NCBI GenBank assembly: GCA_907165135.1
Contig: OU015568.1
Location: forward strand, 15,449,208-15,513,207
Direction of reading: 5' to 3'
Length of the DNA: 64,000 nt
DNA from: Oikopleura dioica
Lineage: Eukaryota; Animalia; Chordata
Positions 28,020-47,479 of this stretch are shown one piece after another. Numbering within the stretch: position 1 is the stretch's first letter; the number at the start of each line of letters is the position of its first letter. Under the pieces are notes generated by a model, which was given only the letters and a program-made list of their open reading frames with translations, was not told the origin of the DNA and did not search any database. The position numbers were made by a program, and so were the translations under genes.

Positions 28020-28387
28020 TTATTCTTGGCCAATTGACGGGATGTAGGACGAGATGTCTTAAATATCGATAATAAAGGCTTAAAAAACATAATACTGTAA
28101 TAACAATAATACAGGAAAAGGCCTAAACTCAGCGGTAACGGGATTCAAAATAATTCAAATCATCGCGGATATTTCGGGTCGATTGGGGTTTCTGAATTTG
28201 GCATTTCTACTTGTGGTTAGAGGGATGAGTCCAGAAGCGATTAGCGCCTGGATTGAGCGGCGATTATTACGCGCATGACGTTATGGCCGGTTGTAATTAT
28301 GCGTTACCTTGAAATGTTGACGTGAATTAGGCCGCGGTCGAGGGGTCGGCTCATTCCCTCATCATCAACGGCGATCGAGGCGGTGAG

Positions 28388-28845
28388 ATTCAACCCAGCG
28401 CCACGACTTCCAACTTTAATTTTATTCTGGCGTTGGACTCATTTTGAAATTGATGATGAGGGACTTTTTCCTGTTTCGACTTTTGAAGGCGGTTTTCGAT
28501 GGAGTCACTGTCGGATGTCGATCGTTGCCGTTCAAGACGAGCTACTGTTTGAGCCTGAAATATTAGATGAAAAAAATTTCATGCCCTTAAAATTTTTTAC
28601 CCTTCGATAATAGGGAGATCTATTTCTTGGACTCTTGATCGGCGAATTCTGAACGGGAACTGCAATAGATTGCCTTCGATTCTCCGTCTCCGATTGTTTC
28701 GCATTTGAAATTTGGCTCTGGTCAGATAAGACTTTGATATCTGAAATAGAGGATTCTAAATAAGCGGAATTATCCGCAGATGGAACTGACCATCGTCGGA
28801 TTCGCCGGTTTCCACTTTTGGCGAAAGCTGAATTTTAATCGGTCT
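28388..28845 (-). CDS. Short exons of a low-complexity basic/Ser-rich protein, possibly distal exons of the TMC gene beyond the retrotransposon
   Basis: In-frame exons DIKVLSDQSQ...SPYYRR and AQTVARLERQ...VALG-stop joined by a GT-AG intron. The link to TMC is only inferred. Confidence 0.35.
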
Positions 28846-29248
28846 TGATAAGGCTTTTCGAAGAAGAATAATATAAACGAAGTTAATAATTGATAAGAAG
28901 GAATTTAAAATTCTATTCTCTTTGGAGATAAACAAACATGCTATTTCCAAAGACGGTCATTCTGGGTCCAAGAGGTACTCGATTTTAAAGAAATCGAAAA
29001 GCCCATTCACTGTCGATAGGAGACGTTTCCTTCAAATCATTCAGCTGTCGATGGCTTATTCGGAGATTTCGCAATTTCAGGAAATTCAGCTGGGCGCGAA
29101 ATTCTCCTACGCCATACTGGCTTTAGAGCTTTCTTGCCGTGCCAGCTGATGATTACGCTTTACTACTGCCAGTTCTATTCAATTTTCCAGTTGCTGAACT
29201 CTACAGAGTCATCATTGAATAGTTGCGTTTTAATCTGGCCACTGATTG

Positions 29249-29483
29249 TGTAGTGCTTTTGCAAAGAGACTACAAAAGAGGCTTGTGAGTGTAAAAAGTT
29301 TATTTATTTGTGAATGTCGAGCGGTCTTGATTTCGCTAAAAGAAAGACAGTATATATATTGTTAACAGAAAAACAGTGAAGGAGTAACTCGCGCAGTGAT
29401 CGGTTCACTCGGCCAGTGATCAGCACTTGAGTAGCACTTGAGTTAGCATTGATGTTCAGTAGCTCTTATGTAAAGACACTACA
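29249..29483 (-). repeat. 3' LTR
   Basis: Direct repeat of 36018-36252 with no difference seen; AATAAA and a TATA-like tract on the minus strand. Confidence 0.97.
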
Positions 29484-29498
29484 TATCCTCCTTCTTTT
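29484..29498 (-). other. Polypurine tract
   Basis: AAAAGAAGGAGGATA immediately before the 3' LTR on the minus strand. Confidence 0.9.
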
Positions 29499-30325
29499 TA
29501 GAAACTGTTATCATCTGGTGCGTTGAGAAGATCGAGAAATCCAAAAGCGTCGAAGTTTGTTTCCTCGTTTGTCTCATTTGGGGCAAGAATTTCATCTAGT
29601 ATGTTGTTTATGTGCTCGTTTGAGGGTGGTGGAATCGCTGGATTCGGGCTGAGAAGTTGATCTGGGTCATCTTGCCATGTTTCAGTTCTCGCGGGAGAGG
29701 CTAAAATTGATGAAGTTGGTGTCGGAGGGTCTAGTGCTGGCTGAGCCGGTGCTGGTTGAGTATCAGGTAGTGGTGTTTCAGCTGGTGTAGCTGCGTGTTC
29801 AGTAACAGGCGGTAGAATATTCAGGGAGAATACGACTTCAGATTGGACCGGTTGTGGCTGGTCTTGGAGAATGTCTTCAACTAGAGTAGGAATCCAGCTC
29901 AAGGCGATTCGAATTTCGTTTCTTATGGTGTTTTGGTGTTCTAACCTACTCCAAATTCCAAGTTTTCTATTGAAGTTCCTTTCAAAATCTCGCAGTATAA
30001 CTTCTGATTCAGCAAGGTTTTTCGGGGAGAAGAATGTCCGTAAACTAGCAAGAATGATCCACTCTAGTAATCGAAGATTACCGTCATGCTTGAGTATAAT
30101 TGGCAATCCTTGCAAGCACAGCGTCGGGCATTGTTCTTGTATTTGCTGATTGATGGCGCGGAGATTCATCATAAATTCGTGGAATTCAGTTAAGAGGGCT
30201 CGAAATTTCGGAATATAATCGAAATTGGTTTCAATTCCCCACAAGCAGGGTAAACAATGCTTCTGAAATTTTCTTTTGAGGGGCTCGGACCTAAAGTAAT
30301 GGACATCTTGTTCAATCGCTCTCAT
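29498..30325 (-). CDS. Retrotransposon ORF3 (275 aa), unknown function, not env-like
   Basis: Intact ATG-initiated ORF between pol and PPT; helical N-half, Pro/Thr-rich linker, acidic C-terminus; no signal peptide or clear TM helix. Confidence 0.75.
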   Translation of the reverse strand: MRAIEQDVHYFRSEPLKRKFQKHCLPCLWGIETNFDYIPKFRALLTEFHEFMMNLRAINQQIQEQCPTLCLQGLPIILKHDGNLRLLEWIILASLRTFFSPKNLAESEVILRDFERNFNRKLGIWSRLEHQNTIRNEIRIALSWIPTLVEDILQDQPQPVQSEVVFSLNILPPVTEHAATPAETPLPDTQPAPAQPALDPPTPTSSILASPARTETWQDDPDQLLSPNPAIPPPSNEHINNILDEILAPNETNEETNFDAFGFLDLLNAPDDNSF

Positions 30326-30882
30326 TTTCTCTCCTTAGCTTGTTTTAAAAACTTCATCTGCCACATTCTGATATGGAACACTTTTTCCTTGTCAAGTATC
30401 ATGAGTAGTAGCCTTCTTTTGTTTAACTGTAATTGTTGTATACGATGAGCAGCTTGATGAGCGGCTTCGTTTCCGACAGTGCGCAAGTGCACTTGAGATG
30501 GGCGCGCGTTTTTCAAGGAATAAGCGGTATTCCTTCGGTGTTTGCAGTTAGTGCCAATTGGAACGTTAGCAGTTTATTGTTCCACAGTCGTGCTCGAACT
30601 GATTTTAACCAGGTTTCTCAAAAGCTCGAATGGCGCCGTTGAACATTTCGAGAAATTCCAGAAAAGAGATTCATTTCGAAGACTGGCCATTTTGACTTGT
30701 GTTGCAGGTATATTTTATCCAATGGGGTTTTGACGATTGGCAATTTCGGAGGTCCCTTCTCCATGAGCTACCATTTGGATATTTGCAAGTCGGACGTCCA
30801 ATGGGCTTTAATGTATTGGCAACCAGGTTTTTATATAGCTGGATTTTTGCAAGGGAGTTTAAGAGGTCCTTCCTCTCCCTTT

Positions 30883-33800
30883 TTATTTTTGGCGTTTTCT
30901 CGGTCGAAGCCGTTTCGACCAAGAATTTTCATTTTCGTCGTCGGAGTTGATTATTGTCTCGGTTGACAGAATTTTATCAAAACAATTTTGCGATTTTTTG
31001 ATTGGTTGTTTAGCTGGAAGATTGTTGGTTTCCATCTGTGTTATAGTTCCATTCGTTGAGTGTGCTTTCTCGATTTGACTGTTTTTGGTGTCATCATGGT
31101 CGTTTTCATTAAGCTCTATAATTTTACAAGGCCGAATCAGATTGATGTGTCTTCTGTATTCGCGTCCTGTATGAATGTCCTTGACAATGTACGAGTCTTT
31201 TGCGATGCGTTTATGGATCGTATAAGGACCGTGCCAAACTCTGCTGAGTTTGCCTAGAGCAGGTTTCCAGATCAAACATTTTTGATTAATTTTAAGGGTA
31301 GGGCAGCTGTTTTTGTCGGCGGCGACAAGTTTGCGGTGCTTTGCAATTTGGTGCGCTAGAATCGAAGGGTGGAGCTCTCTGAAGTAGCTTTCAATTGATT
31401 TTATCCAGGGTTTTCCAGGGCCTTTTGCGTCGAAATTTGTCTGGAATGGTGGATGAAAACTTCTTCCATAGTAGGCTTCATTTGCGCTGAGTCCATCCAA
31501 AGATTCTTTTGGAAGGTTATTGATAAAGTATTTGCTCATTGGCCACGCTGAGGACCAGTTTTTATTTGAAGCATTCAAGCTCTTGAGCTTCAGGTGTATT
31601 TCCCGGTGAACTCGCTCGAGTTGACCATTACTTTGGCTTCGATAAGCTGTAGTTGTTGTATGACGGATTTCAAAGCGTTTGAAGATTTCTGTGACAAGTG
31701 GTCCATTTAGCTCGGCTCCGTTGTCTGTAATTGCATCGCCGGTAATACCATGCGTCAGTATAAGATTGAGGAGTTGTTTTGCGACAACTTCATCAGTCTT
31801 ACGGCTTAAGGGTATACCATCGAGGAATCCTGTGAGTGAGTCCATTGCAGTAAGTAGGTATCTTTTTCCAGCAGCGTCAGGCCTGTAGTAGTCAACAAGA
31901 TCGAAGTGAGTTTTTGAAAACGGTGTTTCTGCGAAACGTCGATTTTCGATCATTGAAGGTTTCAACTTCGGCATTGGTTTTATCTGGATACATGTTGGGC
32001 AAAATCGAGTGAGTTGGCGAGTTTTGTGCTGGATTTGGTGGATGTAGAATTTTTTGCAGAGGATGTTTAGTTGTTTTGATCCACAGTGTCCTGTGATACA
32101 GTGTAAGTACTGTAAGAATTCTTCACTGAGATTATTTGGTAGCACAAGCCGATCATCTTTGAAGAGAACATTCTTTTTGATTTTAAAAGGAGATGTTGGA
32201 TTCCGTTTCACTTTTTCGATAATGTTACGCGTAGATCTGCATTCCATTTGAAGAGTATTCATTTCATCCTCGTCGAATGATCTGTCGCTGAACGTAAAAA
32301 GAATCTTCTTTTTGCTTTCTGGAACAGCTGTATGTAGCAGCAGGACAGTGTCCGGGATTCCATCAAAGTTTTCAGCATCTTTTTCGAGCTCAGAGCTTTT
32401 GTAGTCTGGAAGACGACTAAGCCAATCGGCAGTTGCCATAATTGGTGAGTTTCCTTCTCGGTGTAGAATTCGAAAATCGAATCGGAGGAGATAGTTTAAG
32501 ATATTCATCTTTTTTATATCATTCTTCTTCAATTCTCCTTGCTCCTTGAATAGGAAGAGAAGACTTTTATGGTCTACCACAGCTGTGAAAGTCGTGTTCA
32601 ACAGGTAGAATTCGAAAAAACTGATTGATAAACCGAGTGCGAAGAGTTCTTTTTCTCGCATACTTCGTCGGAGGTCAGGTCCTGTAAGGGCTTTCGAAAA
32701 GTATCCAAGCGGGTGAAGCTGATCATCTTCTTTTTGGTATAGGCAGCCGCCAATTTTTGATCCTGAGCTGTCGGTCACAAGGATAAGTTCGGATCCTTCT
32801 TTATAATGGGCTAAGCAGGGTCGTTCAAGAAGTTTCTTTTTGATCTCGGTGAATGCAGTTTGGTGTTTTTCTTCCCAGATAAAGTCACGATTTTTTGAAG
32901 TCAGCTCGTACAGCGGCTGAAGAATAGAAGAGCCGTTTCGTACGAATTTAAGGTTGTAATTTATTGAGCCTAACATTCGCTTGACTTCGTCACGGTTTTG
33001 GGGCGGTTTCAGATCTCGTATGACTTTTAAATGTTTTTCGCTTGTCTGAATTCCATCTTTGGAGATTGAATGTCCAAGGAAGTTGAGTTCTGGTTTGCAC
33101 AAAAAGACTTTCTTTTGTGAGAGAAGCATTCCGTGATCTTGGCATGTCTTTAAGATAAATTCGATTGTCGCAAAGTGGCTTTCAAAATCCCCATCGATTG
33201 CAATAATGTCATCTAGAAAGCATATGATAGACTTATGATTAAGGATTTTGGCCATGCATCTGGAAAATGCTGCAGGTCCAGTTGCTACTCCATAAAGCAT
33301 TCTATGCGCGGCATAGTGTTTGTTGTTGTGAGAGAACGCCATTTTTGGGCGATCTTTTTCGAGTGTTTGAAGTTGCCAGTAACCTCGGTGCAAGTCGAAA
33401 TTTGAGATAAAACATGAGTTTTTGTTGGAAAGACGTTTCCCGATTTCGTAGAAAATTTGTTGCATAGATGGTAGTGGAAACCTGTCTTTGACGAGTAAGG
33501 CGTTCAGGTTTCGGGCATCAGCTGAGACTCGGTGACTTCCGTCAGCTTTCTTGAGAACCAGCAAAGGCACGTTATTCGGTGATTGCGTTTCTCCAATAAC
33601 ATCGAGTGATTCCCAAACTTCGAATTGAGAGTCAACTACGGGTTGTAGGTGAATAGCAATAGGGCGCGGCGGTTGGTGAGTTGTTGCTTCCTCATTATGA
33701 AATGGCATAGAGAATCGGTATCCATGGATTTTGCCAAGGTCAGAGTCATCCATTGAATATGAAAGGCGATATTTACAATTAAGGGCGAAAAGTTTTTGTT

Positions 33801-34383
33801 TTTGGTCTTCGGTTGTCTGTCCATATGAACCAATTTCTGGCTGGAAATTGATTTTGGCTGCTTTTTGACTACGAAGTTTTTGGAATTTTTCTAAAGATTT
33901 TTTTTCGTTTTTATCATCGAGGTCGATTTCTACAATTGCGTTTAGGGCGTTGACTTTGATGTTTGAGTTTTTGTTGAGATCAGGATGTACAATTTTGATT
34001 CGTTTTTGATTAATGAGTATGAAGTCGTTGTCTGCGCTGATTTGTAGATCATGAAGGTGGTCCAGTCCAAGTATGATTGGGACACATAAGTGTTTGATGA
34101 TAAGCGGTTGTGTTTTCAGGTGTAGAGGACCATCCATTGTTTTTATTTCCATAAAAAGCGGCGTAGAGAGAACATCTGGAGTTATGATCTGGTTGTTTGC
34201 GCAATAGACTTGAAGTTTTGATTTTGTTGTTTTTCCTATGAACGGTAAAGAAGAGTCGATACATGTCCGGGAACAGGCAGAATCCACAAGGGCAGGGACG
34301 GTGTAGTTGCTGATCGTGACATTGACAAATTTAAGTGACTTTGGACAAGATAGGTAGTTAGGGCATGTTATTTCAATTCCTAG
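30883..34383 (-). CDS. pol: Pol polyprotein (aspartic protease, RT, RNase H, integrase)
   Basis: ALVDSAC protease site; FDLHRGYWQ and FLDD RT motifs; LVTDSS RNase H; HCITGH..CPTC and D..DNG..E integrase. Frame is open up to the gag stop codon. Confidence 0.97.
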   Translation of the reverse strand, partial: LGIEITCPNYLSCPKSLKFVNVTISNYTVPALVDSACSRTCIDSSLPFIGKTTKSKLQVYCANNQIITPDVLSTPLFMEIKTMDGPLHLKTQPLIIKHLCVPIILGLDHLHDLQISADNDFILINQKRIKIVHPDLNKNSNIKVNALNAIVEIDLDDKNEKKSLEKFQKLRSQKAAKINFQPEIGSYGQTTEDQKQKLFALNCKYRLSYSMDDSDLGKIHGYRFSMPFHNEEATTHQPPRPIAIHLQPVVDSQFEVWESLDVIGETQSPNNVPLLVLKKADGSHRVSADARNLNALLVKDRFPLPSMQQIFYEIGKRLSNKNSCFISNFDLHRGYWQLQTLEKDRPKMAFSHNNKHYAAHRMLYGVATGPAAFSRCMAKILNHKSIICFLDDIIAIDGDFESHFATIEFILKTCQDHGMLLSQKKVFLCKPELNFLGHSISKDGIQTSEKHLKVIRDLKPPQNRDEVKRMLGSINYNLKFVRNGSSILQPLYELTSKNRDFIWEEKHQTAFTEIKKKLLERPCLAHYKEGSELILVTDSSGSKIGGCLYQKEDDQLHPLGYFSKALTGPDLRRSMREKELFALGLSISFFEFYLLNTTFTAVVDHKSLLFLFKEQGELKKNDIKKMNILNYLLRFDFRILHREGNSPIMATADWLSRLPDYKSSELEKDAENFDGIPDTVLLLHTAVPESKKKILFTFSDRSFDEDEMNTLQMECRSTRNIIEKVKRNPTSPFKIKKNVLFKDDRLVLPNNLSEEFLQYLHCITGHCGSKQLNILCKKFYIHQIQHKTRQLTRFCPTCIQIKPMPKLKPSMIENRRFAETPFSKTHFDLVDYYRPDAAGKRYLLTAMDSLTGFLDGIPLSRKTDEVVAKQLLNLILTHGITGDAITDNGAELNGPLVTEIFKRFEIRHTTTTAYRSQSNGQLERVHREIHLKLKSLNASNKNWSSAWPMSKYFINNLPKESLDGLSANEAYYGRSFHPPFQTNFDAKGPGKPWIKSIESYFRELHPSILAHQIAKHRKLVAADKNSCPTLKINQKCLIWKPALGKLSRVWHGPYTIHKRIAKDSYIVKDIHTGREYRRHINLIRPCKIIELNENDHDDTKNSQIEKAHSTNGTITQMETNNLPAKQPIKKSQNCFDKILSTETIINSDDENENSWSKRLRPRKRQK

Positions 34384-35838
34384 TCACAATGTCTTAGCGT
34401 ATTCCTTAACATCAGATGGCGTGTTGTCAGAATCATGGATATATTTGCATGTTGCTCCATACGAGCATTTTCCGTCGCGGATAAATTTCATGCAGTAACC
34501 TTGTGTCTTTTCTTGGTCAATTGGTTGTCGCTTTTTCGGAGCTTGCTGTTTTTTCTTGCGCTCAGCATCAGCTTTTACCATTTTCTGCACGATTTCAGTC
34601 AAATTCTCGATTTTCTTCTCAAGATTCTCATGTGCTGCAACTTGAGGGATTGCAAAGTTGACTTCCTTTGTTTTTGTTTTCTGCGATCGTTCAAGCTCGT
34701 TTGCTCGGCGTACAATACTTTGCATATTCAGAGATCCTTTTTCTCGCAGCAGGAGCTCTTGAAGCTTGTCATCTTGTGCCTTGCAGAATCGTTCAATGAG
34801 AAGCTCTTGATCTGTGCGGCGCAGCTCTGTTATATCGTAACCTTGTTTGTAGTAAGAGGACAATTTTGCCATACAGACTCCGAACGAATCTGATCCACGC
34901 ATGTAGTTTTCAAATTCGTGCTTGTAGTGGTCACGTGTTTTTCCAAGAGTATCAAGAAGTTTGTTTTTGAAAAGCGTCCATTTGCAGAGCTCGTCGTTTG
35001 TGAGTGATTCGATTATGTGACTTCCCTCTTCTTCTGAAAGTAGGCTGCTTAGAGCAACTGTGATCAGGGATTCATCATCTAGGGATGATATTTTTCCGTA
35101 GATTTCCATGTTTCCAATCCATGCAGAAACAGGAAGGCTTGCATCGAATTTCGGGCTTTTCACTTTGACATTTGGGGTTCTTCTTGAAGGAGACTTTTGA
35201 GTATTCTTCGGAAGAATTTTTCTTGGTTCGGCTGCTGATCTGGTTTTTGTAGCTTCTGGTTCGCGGAAAGCACCTAGGAGAAGTCTTATTTCTTCTGGAC
35301 TTATTTTTCCTGTGTCGACAAGTTCCTGGATGTTTGTGATTTCAGCAGTAAGATTCTCGACAGTTTGAGACGTTTGTGGTACTGCTTCTTCTTTCAATGC
35401 AGTTGACTGAGCGTGGTTATCCTGAGCATTTTCTTCCCGAAAAGCTGTCAATAGAACTTCTAGCTCGGTCATGGAAATTTTTCCATCATCAACAAGCTTC
35501 GAGACTTCAGAAATTGTTTGATTTTTGGAGTCTTCTGGTGTCTCTTGATTTTCAAGATTTTCTTCCTTTTTGATTATTCTGACAGTAGCTGGTCTTTCTC
35601 TTTCAACGGAGAAGATCATTCCATCGCGCTCAGACTCAAGAAAGTTTTTGGCTTCTTCTGAGTTAGCATTTTGCTGGGTTTCGTTCATTGAAAGAAAGTC
35701 TACTGTAGGATTCTTGAAAATGAAGATCGCTTTTTCAGTACCGAGTCGACGTAACGGATTTCTGTCTGTTCGTTTAACAAGAGTTTGATCCTTTTTGACA
35801 AGCTCGCTGAGCTCAGTTTTCAGGTTTGCGTCGATCAT
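34384..35838 (-). CDS. gag: Gag protein with C-terminal CCCH zinc finger
   Basis: Position after PBS; PKFD capsid-like region; CMKFIRDGKCSYGATCKYIH (C-x8-C-x5-C-x3-H). Confidence 0.92.
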   Translation of the reverse strand: MIDANLKTELSELVKKDQTLVKRTDRNPLRRLGTEKAIFIFKNPTVDFLSMNETQQNANSEEAKNFLESERDGMIFSVERERPATVRIIKKEENLENQETPEDSKNQTISEVSKLVDDGKISMTELEVLLTAFREENAQDNHAQSTALKEEAVPQTSQTVENLTAEITNIQELVDTGKISPEEIRLLLGAFREPEATKTRSAAEPRKILPKNTQKSPSRRTPNVKVKSPKFDASLPVSAWIGNMEIYGKISSLDDESLITVALSSLLSEEEGSHIIESLTNDELCKWTLFKNKLLDTLGKTRDHYKHEFENYMRGSDSFGVCMAKLSSYYKQGYDITELRRTDQELLIERFCKAQDDKLQELLLREKGSLNMQSIVRRANELERSQKTKTKEVNFAIPQVAAHENLEKKIENLTEIVQKMVKADAERKKKQQAPKKRQPIDQEKTQGYCMKFIRDGKCSYGATCKYIHDSDNTPSDVKEYAKTL

Positions 35839-36003
35839 TTCAGCATCTAGAGCGAGGGGAACCCATTTTTCTTCAATGAGTTTTTTAGTTTTCCTTATCT
35901 ATGATTTTCATCGTGGAGCAGGATGTTGATTGGTGTGAAGACGGCAATTCTCTAGGTTTAATCTCTCGGTAATACGTGTTTTTCGGGTGGGTTTCGTAAA
36001 GAA

Positions 36004-36014
36004 CTCAGTCACCA
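36004..36014 (-). other. Primer-binding site
   Basis: TGGTGACTGAG, 3 nt after the 5' LTR; TGG complements the tRNA CCA end. Confidence 0.8.
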
Positions 36015-36017
36015 ATT

Positions 36018-36252
36018 TGTAGTGCTTTTGCAAAGAGACTACAAAAGAGGCTTGTGAGTGTAAAAAGTTTATTTATTTGTGAATGTCGAGCGGTCTTGAT
36101 TTCGCTAAAAGAAAGACAGTATATATATTGTTAACAGAAAAACAGTGAAGGAGTAACTCGCGCAGTGATCGGTTCACTCGGCCAGTGATCAGCACTTGAG
36201 TAGCACTTGAGTTAGCATTGATGTTCAGTAGCTCTTATGTAAAGACACTACA
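36018..36252 (-). repeat. 5' LTR
   Basis: Direct repeat of 29249-29483. Confidence 0.97.
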
Positions 36253-36344
36253 ATTGGTCTATATGAATGCGACCAATCAGAAACATGATTGAGAAAACCA
36301 ATATCTAAGAATGCTTCTGTTTTCCTTTTTTTTATGAAATCCGC

Positions 36345-45014
<8,670 letters not shown>

Positions 45015-45371
45015 CGCAAATGAGATCAAACAAAGGCAAACAACACAGCACCCAAAATTGGTTCTGCATTTTTGCTCAATTACTTAGACACACTTGCCTC
45101 CATGTTTTTACTTTGACGGCGATGCTTAATTTTACTAAAAGCTCGAACTTAATCGAGAACATAAAGTAGCATCTTCTAGTTACCAAAAATCAAACCAGTG
45201 ACCGGTCTCATCATAAAACGTCTTAGAAATTTCTTCAACCCTCGATGTTTACAAACAAGTATTCCACTGTTTGAAACCACAAAATTAAACAAAGTCATTC
45301 ACTTTTCATCTCTCCGCTAGCTAAACAACTCCTTCTTTTCGGAATTTCTTTATTCGGTCAGCTGAGTTTAA

Positions 45372-45439
45372 GGGTGTCAACATCGATTTTGGCAAATTTT
45401 TGGAACAGGTTAGGGTTAGGGTTATCGATGTTGACACCC
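45372..45439. mobile_element. 68-bp TTAA-flanked mini-MITE containing TTAGGG repeats
   Basis: TTAA|GGGTGTCAACATCGAT...GGTTAGGGTTAGGGTT ATCGATGTTGACACCC|TTAA. Confidence 0.7.
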
Positions 45440-45443
45440 TTAA

Positions 45444-45842
45444 GGAGGTAGATATCAAGAATCGCGATTTTCCGTTATACTTTTCTCCCAAAGTTAAAAT
45501 AATAACTCCCTTATTTTACTTAATAAACAAAAACTTTAGACCTTTCTCTATTTCCTATGGAAGCTGAAATTTCGAATTTCAAAAAAAATTTTAATTTACA
45601 AAAATAAATAACATTATTTTTTGTCAAAGATCGCTAACTTTCCTAAAATGGTCATTTTGGCGACAATGGAGGTGCCAGATTTGCATTGTAGCCCCTCGAA
45701 AGCTCAAGAAATCTTATTTTTGGCTTCCATAAGAAATAGATAATTGCCTAAAATAAATTTTCAGCAGAAAAAATAAGGGGGTCACTATGTTAAAAATTTG
45801 AGAAAACACTGACAGGAAATCCGATTCTTAATATCTACCCCC
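45444..45842. mobile_element. TTAA-flanked MITE (Kolobok-type)
   Basis: TTAA|GGAGGTAGATATCAAGAATCG ... CGATTCTTAATATCTACCCCC|TTAA. Confidence 0.75.
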
Positions 45843-47479
45843 TTAATAGCAGGCTATCTCAGATAGCCTATCTATTATCTTTTTCAAAATAAGGGTATCA
45901 CTCTAAAAAAAAATTTCATTGAGGATGTCTGCTCCATTAAATTTCTGGTAACGGCGTTTTCCTGAGTAAATAAGATTTGCGTTGGAAATACAAAATTCGA
46001 GGTCGGACACGTGTTTTGGAAAAGGAAGACGGGAGAACAGGATTGCGAGGGGGTTTTTAGACGTTGCGCGATTCCTCCTTGGGCTTAGCTGGATGGAGCG
46101 GGAGTGATGAAAATATCGTTCCTGCGTGAGGAAACTGTTGATGAAACGAGTTATTAATGCTTCTTTCGAAAATAAGAGAGGAGGAGGATTTTGTTTTAGG
46201 GAGTCCCCTGGTCCTTGTGAATTCGGGGCGCGATGATCCTCTTCGACGGGGAGCGGTGACTGGATTAACCGAACGCCACTTGCGAAATCTCAGTTTTTTC
46301 GACTCTTGTGAAACTTGCCAGCACGTGACACGGGCTACAGTACTTGTATTTACGAAAAACAGCCCGACACGTCCAAATACCACATTTTTTCTAGCGACGT
46401 AAAAACCAACAATTTCGTGAGCCTCAAGCATATGTTCAACCAGCAACGTTCAGTTACGCTTGTCGAAAACCAAAGTGATTACGATTCCCATGTTCAGACC
46501 AGTTTTTTTCAACCGAAAATTTCACTTGATGAAGGCTCACTTAAAAAATAACCAATTTACTGTACTCTTTTCTTCTTCTACAGGAGTAAATAAGGGTATC
46601 ACTTGCTTTTCTTTTGAAGCTGAGATCAGGTTTGAGATATTTTCTCAAAGGAAAAAGCGGTCGATAAGAATCAACAACAGACCTTTACGGAATCTGCATA
46701 ACAGATGACCTTTAAAAACAGCTGGTTAAATTTTGAGAGCATAAAAAAGACGGGTTTTCGGAATTTTTACAGAAAAAAGGAGACAAAAAGACAAGTGACT
46801 TGTGCTCCTGTATTGATTTTTTCAAACTGACATTTTTCGCGACGATTATTTTTATGAAAGTTAACAAAATGAATCTTATTACTCTTGCCAAACTGCGTAC
46901 ATCAGTTAAACATTTTAACTTTCGAAATAATAAAATACATAATGAAAGGAAGCGCCGTATTAAGGCTTCTCACGTTGAGTGGTCTTTAAAGTTGAAATGC
47001 GTTGATTTGCAGAGAATGTGCTCATGGTGTTTATCTGAGCCAAAGCCACTCTGGAAATTGGGGTTTGCTCCTAGGGAAAACGAGCGATTGTGGCTTTACC
47101 CGACGCCGAAAATCCGCAAAAAGCGGCTCCGGTTTCCAATCGGGTGCTTCTGATACGAGAGATGGCGCAGAAGGGGGCAGCTGGAGTCGTGCCTGCACGT
47201 TTCCGATGCCAGATTTTAAATGGCTTAATTTGTGCCTTCCTAGGAATCCTTTTAAGTGTATTCAGAGTGATTCATTTACGCGTTCTCTATTGCGGGGGAA
47301 CAGATCGTCGATCAAATTTTATGCTCATTTTAGCCGAATCATCATTCTACCGCCCTTATTTACTCTGACTCGTTAATCAACTCGTTCTCCATGACTTATT
47401 GGTGACTAGAAGAAAGCAATTGAAACTCTCTTAATCAAATATATTTATTGGTTCTTCTCCACAAAATGGAGTAAAATCA

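Larger units (their letters stand above)
29249..36252 (-). mobile_element. Full-length Ty3/gypsy (Tor-like) LTR retrotransposon, 7004 bp
   Basis: Two 235-bp LTRs (TGTAGTG...CACTACA), 4-bp target duplication ATTG (29245-29248, 36253-36256), PBS, PPT, gag, PR-RT-RH-IN order, extra ORF3. Confidence 0.97.

Noticed and set aside
29498-30325. env gene
   Set aside because: No signal peptide, fusion peptide or C-terminal TM anchor visible.
45990-47376. Overlapping 80-130 aa ORFs
   Set aside because: No recognisable domain or consistent exon structure.
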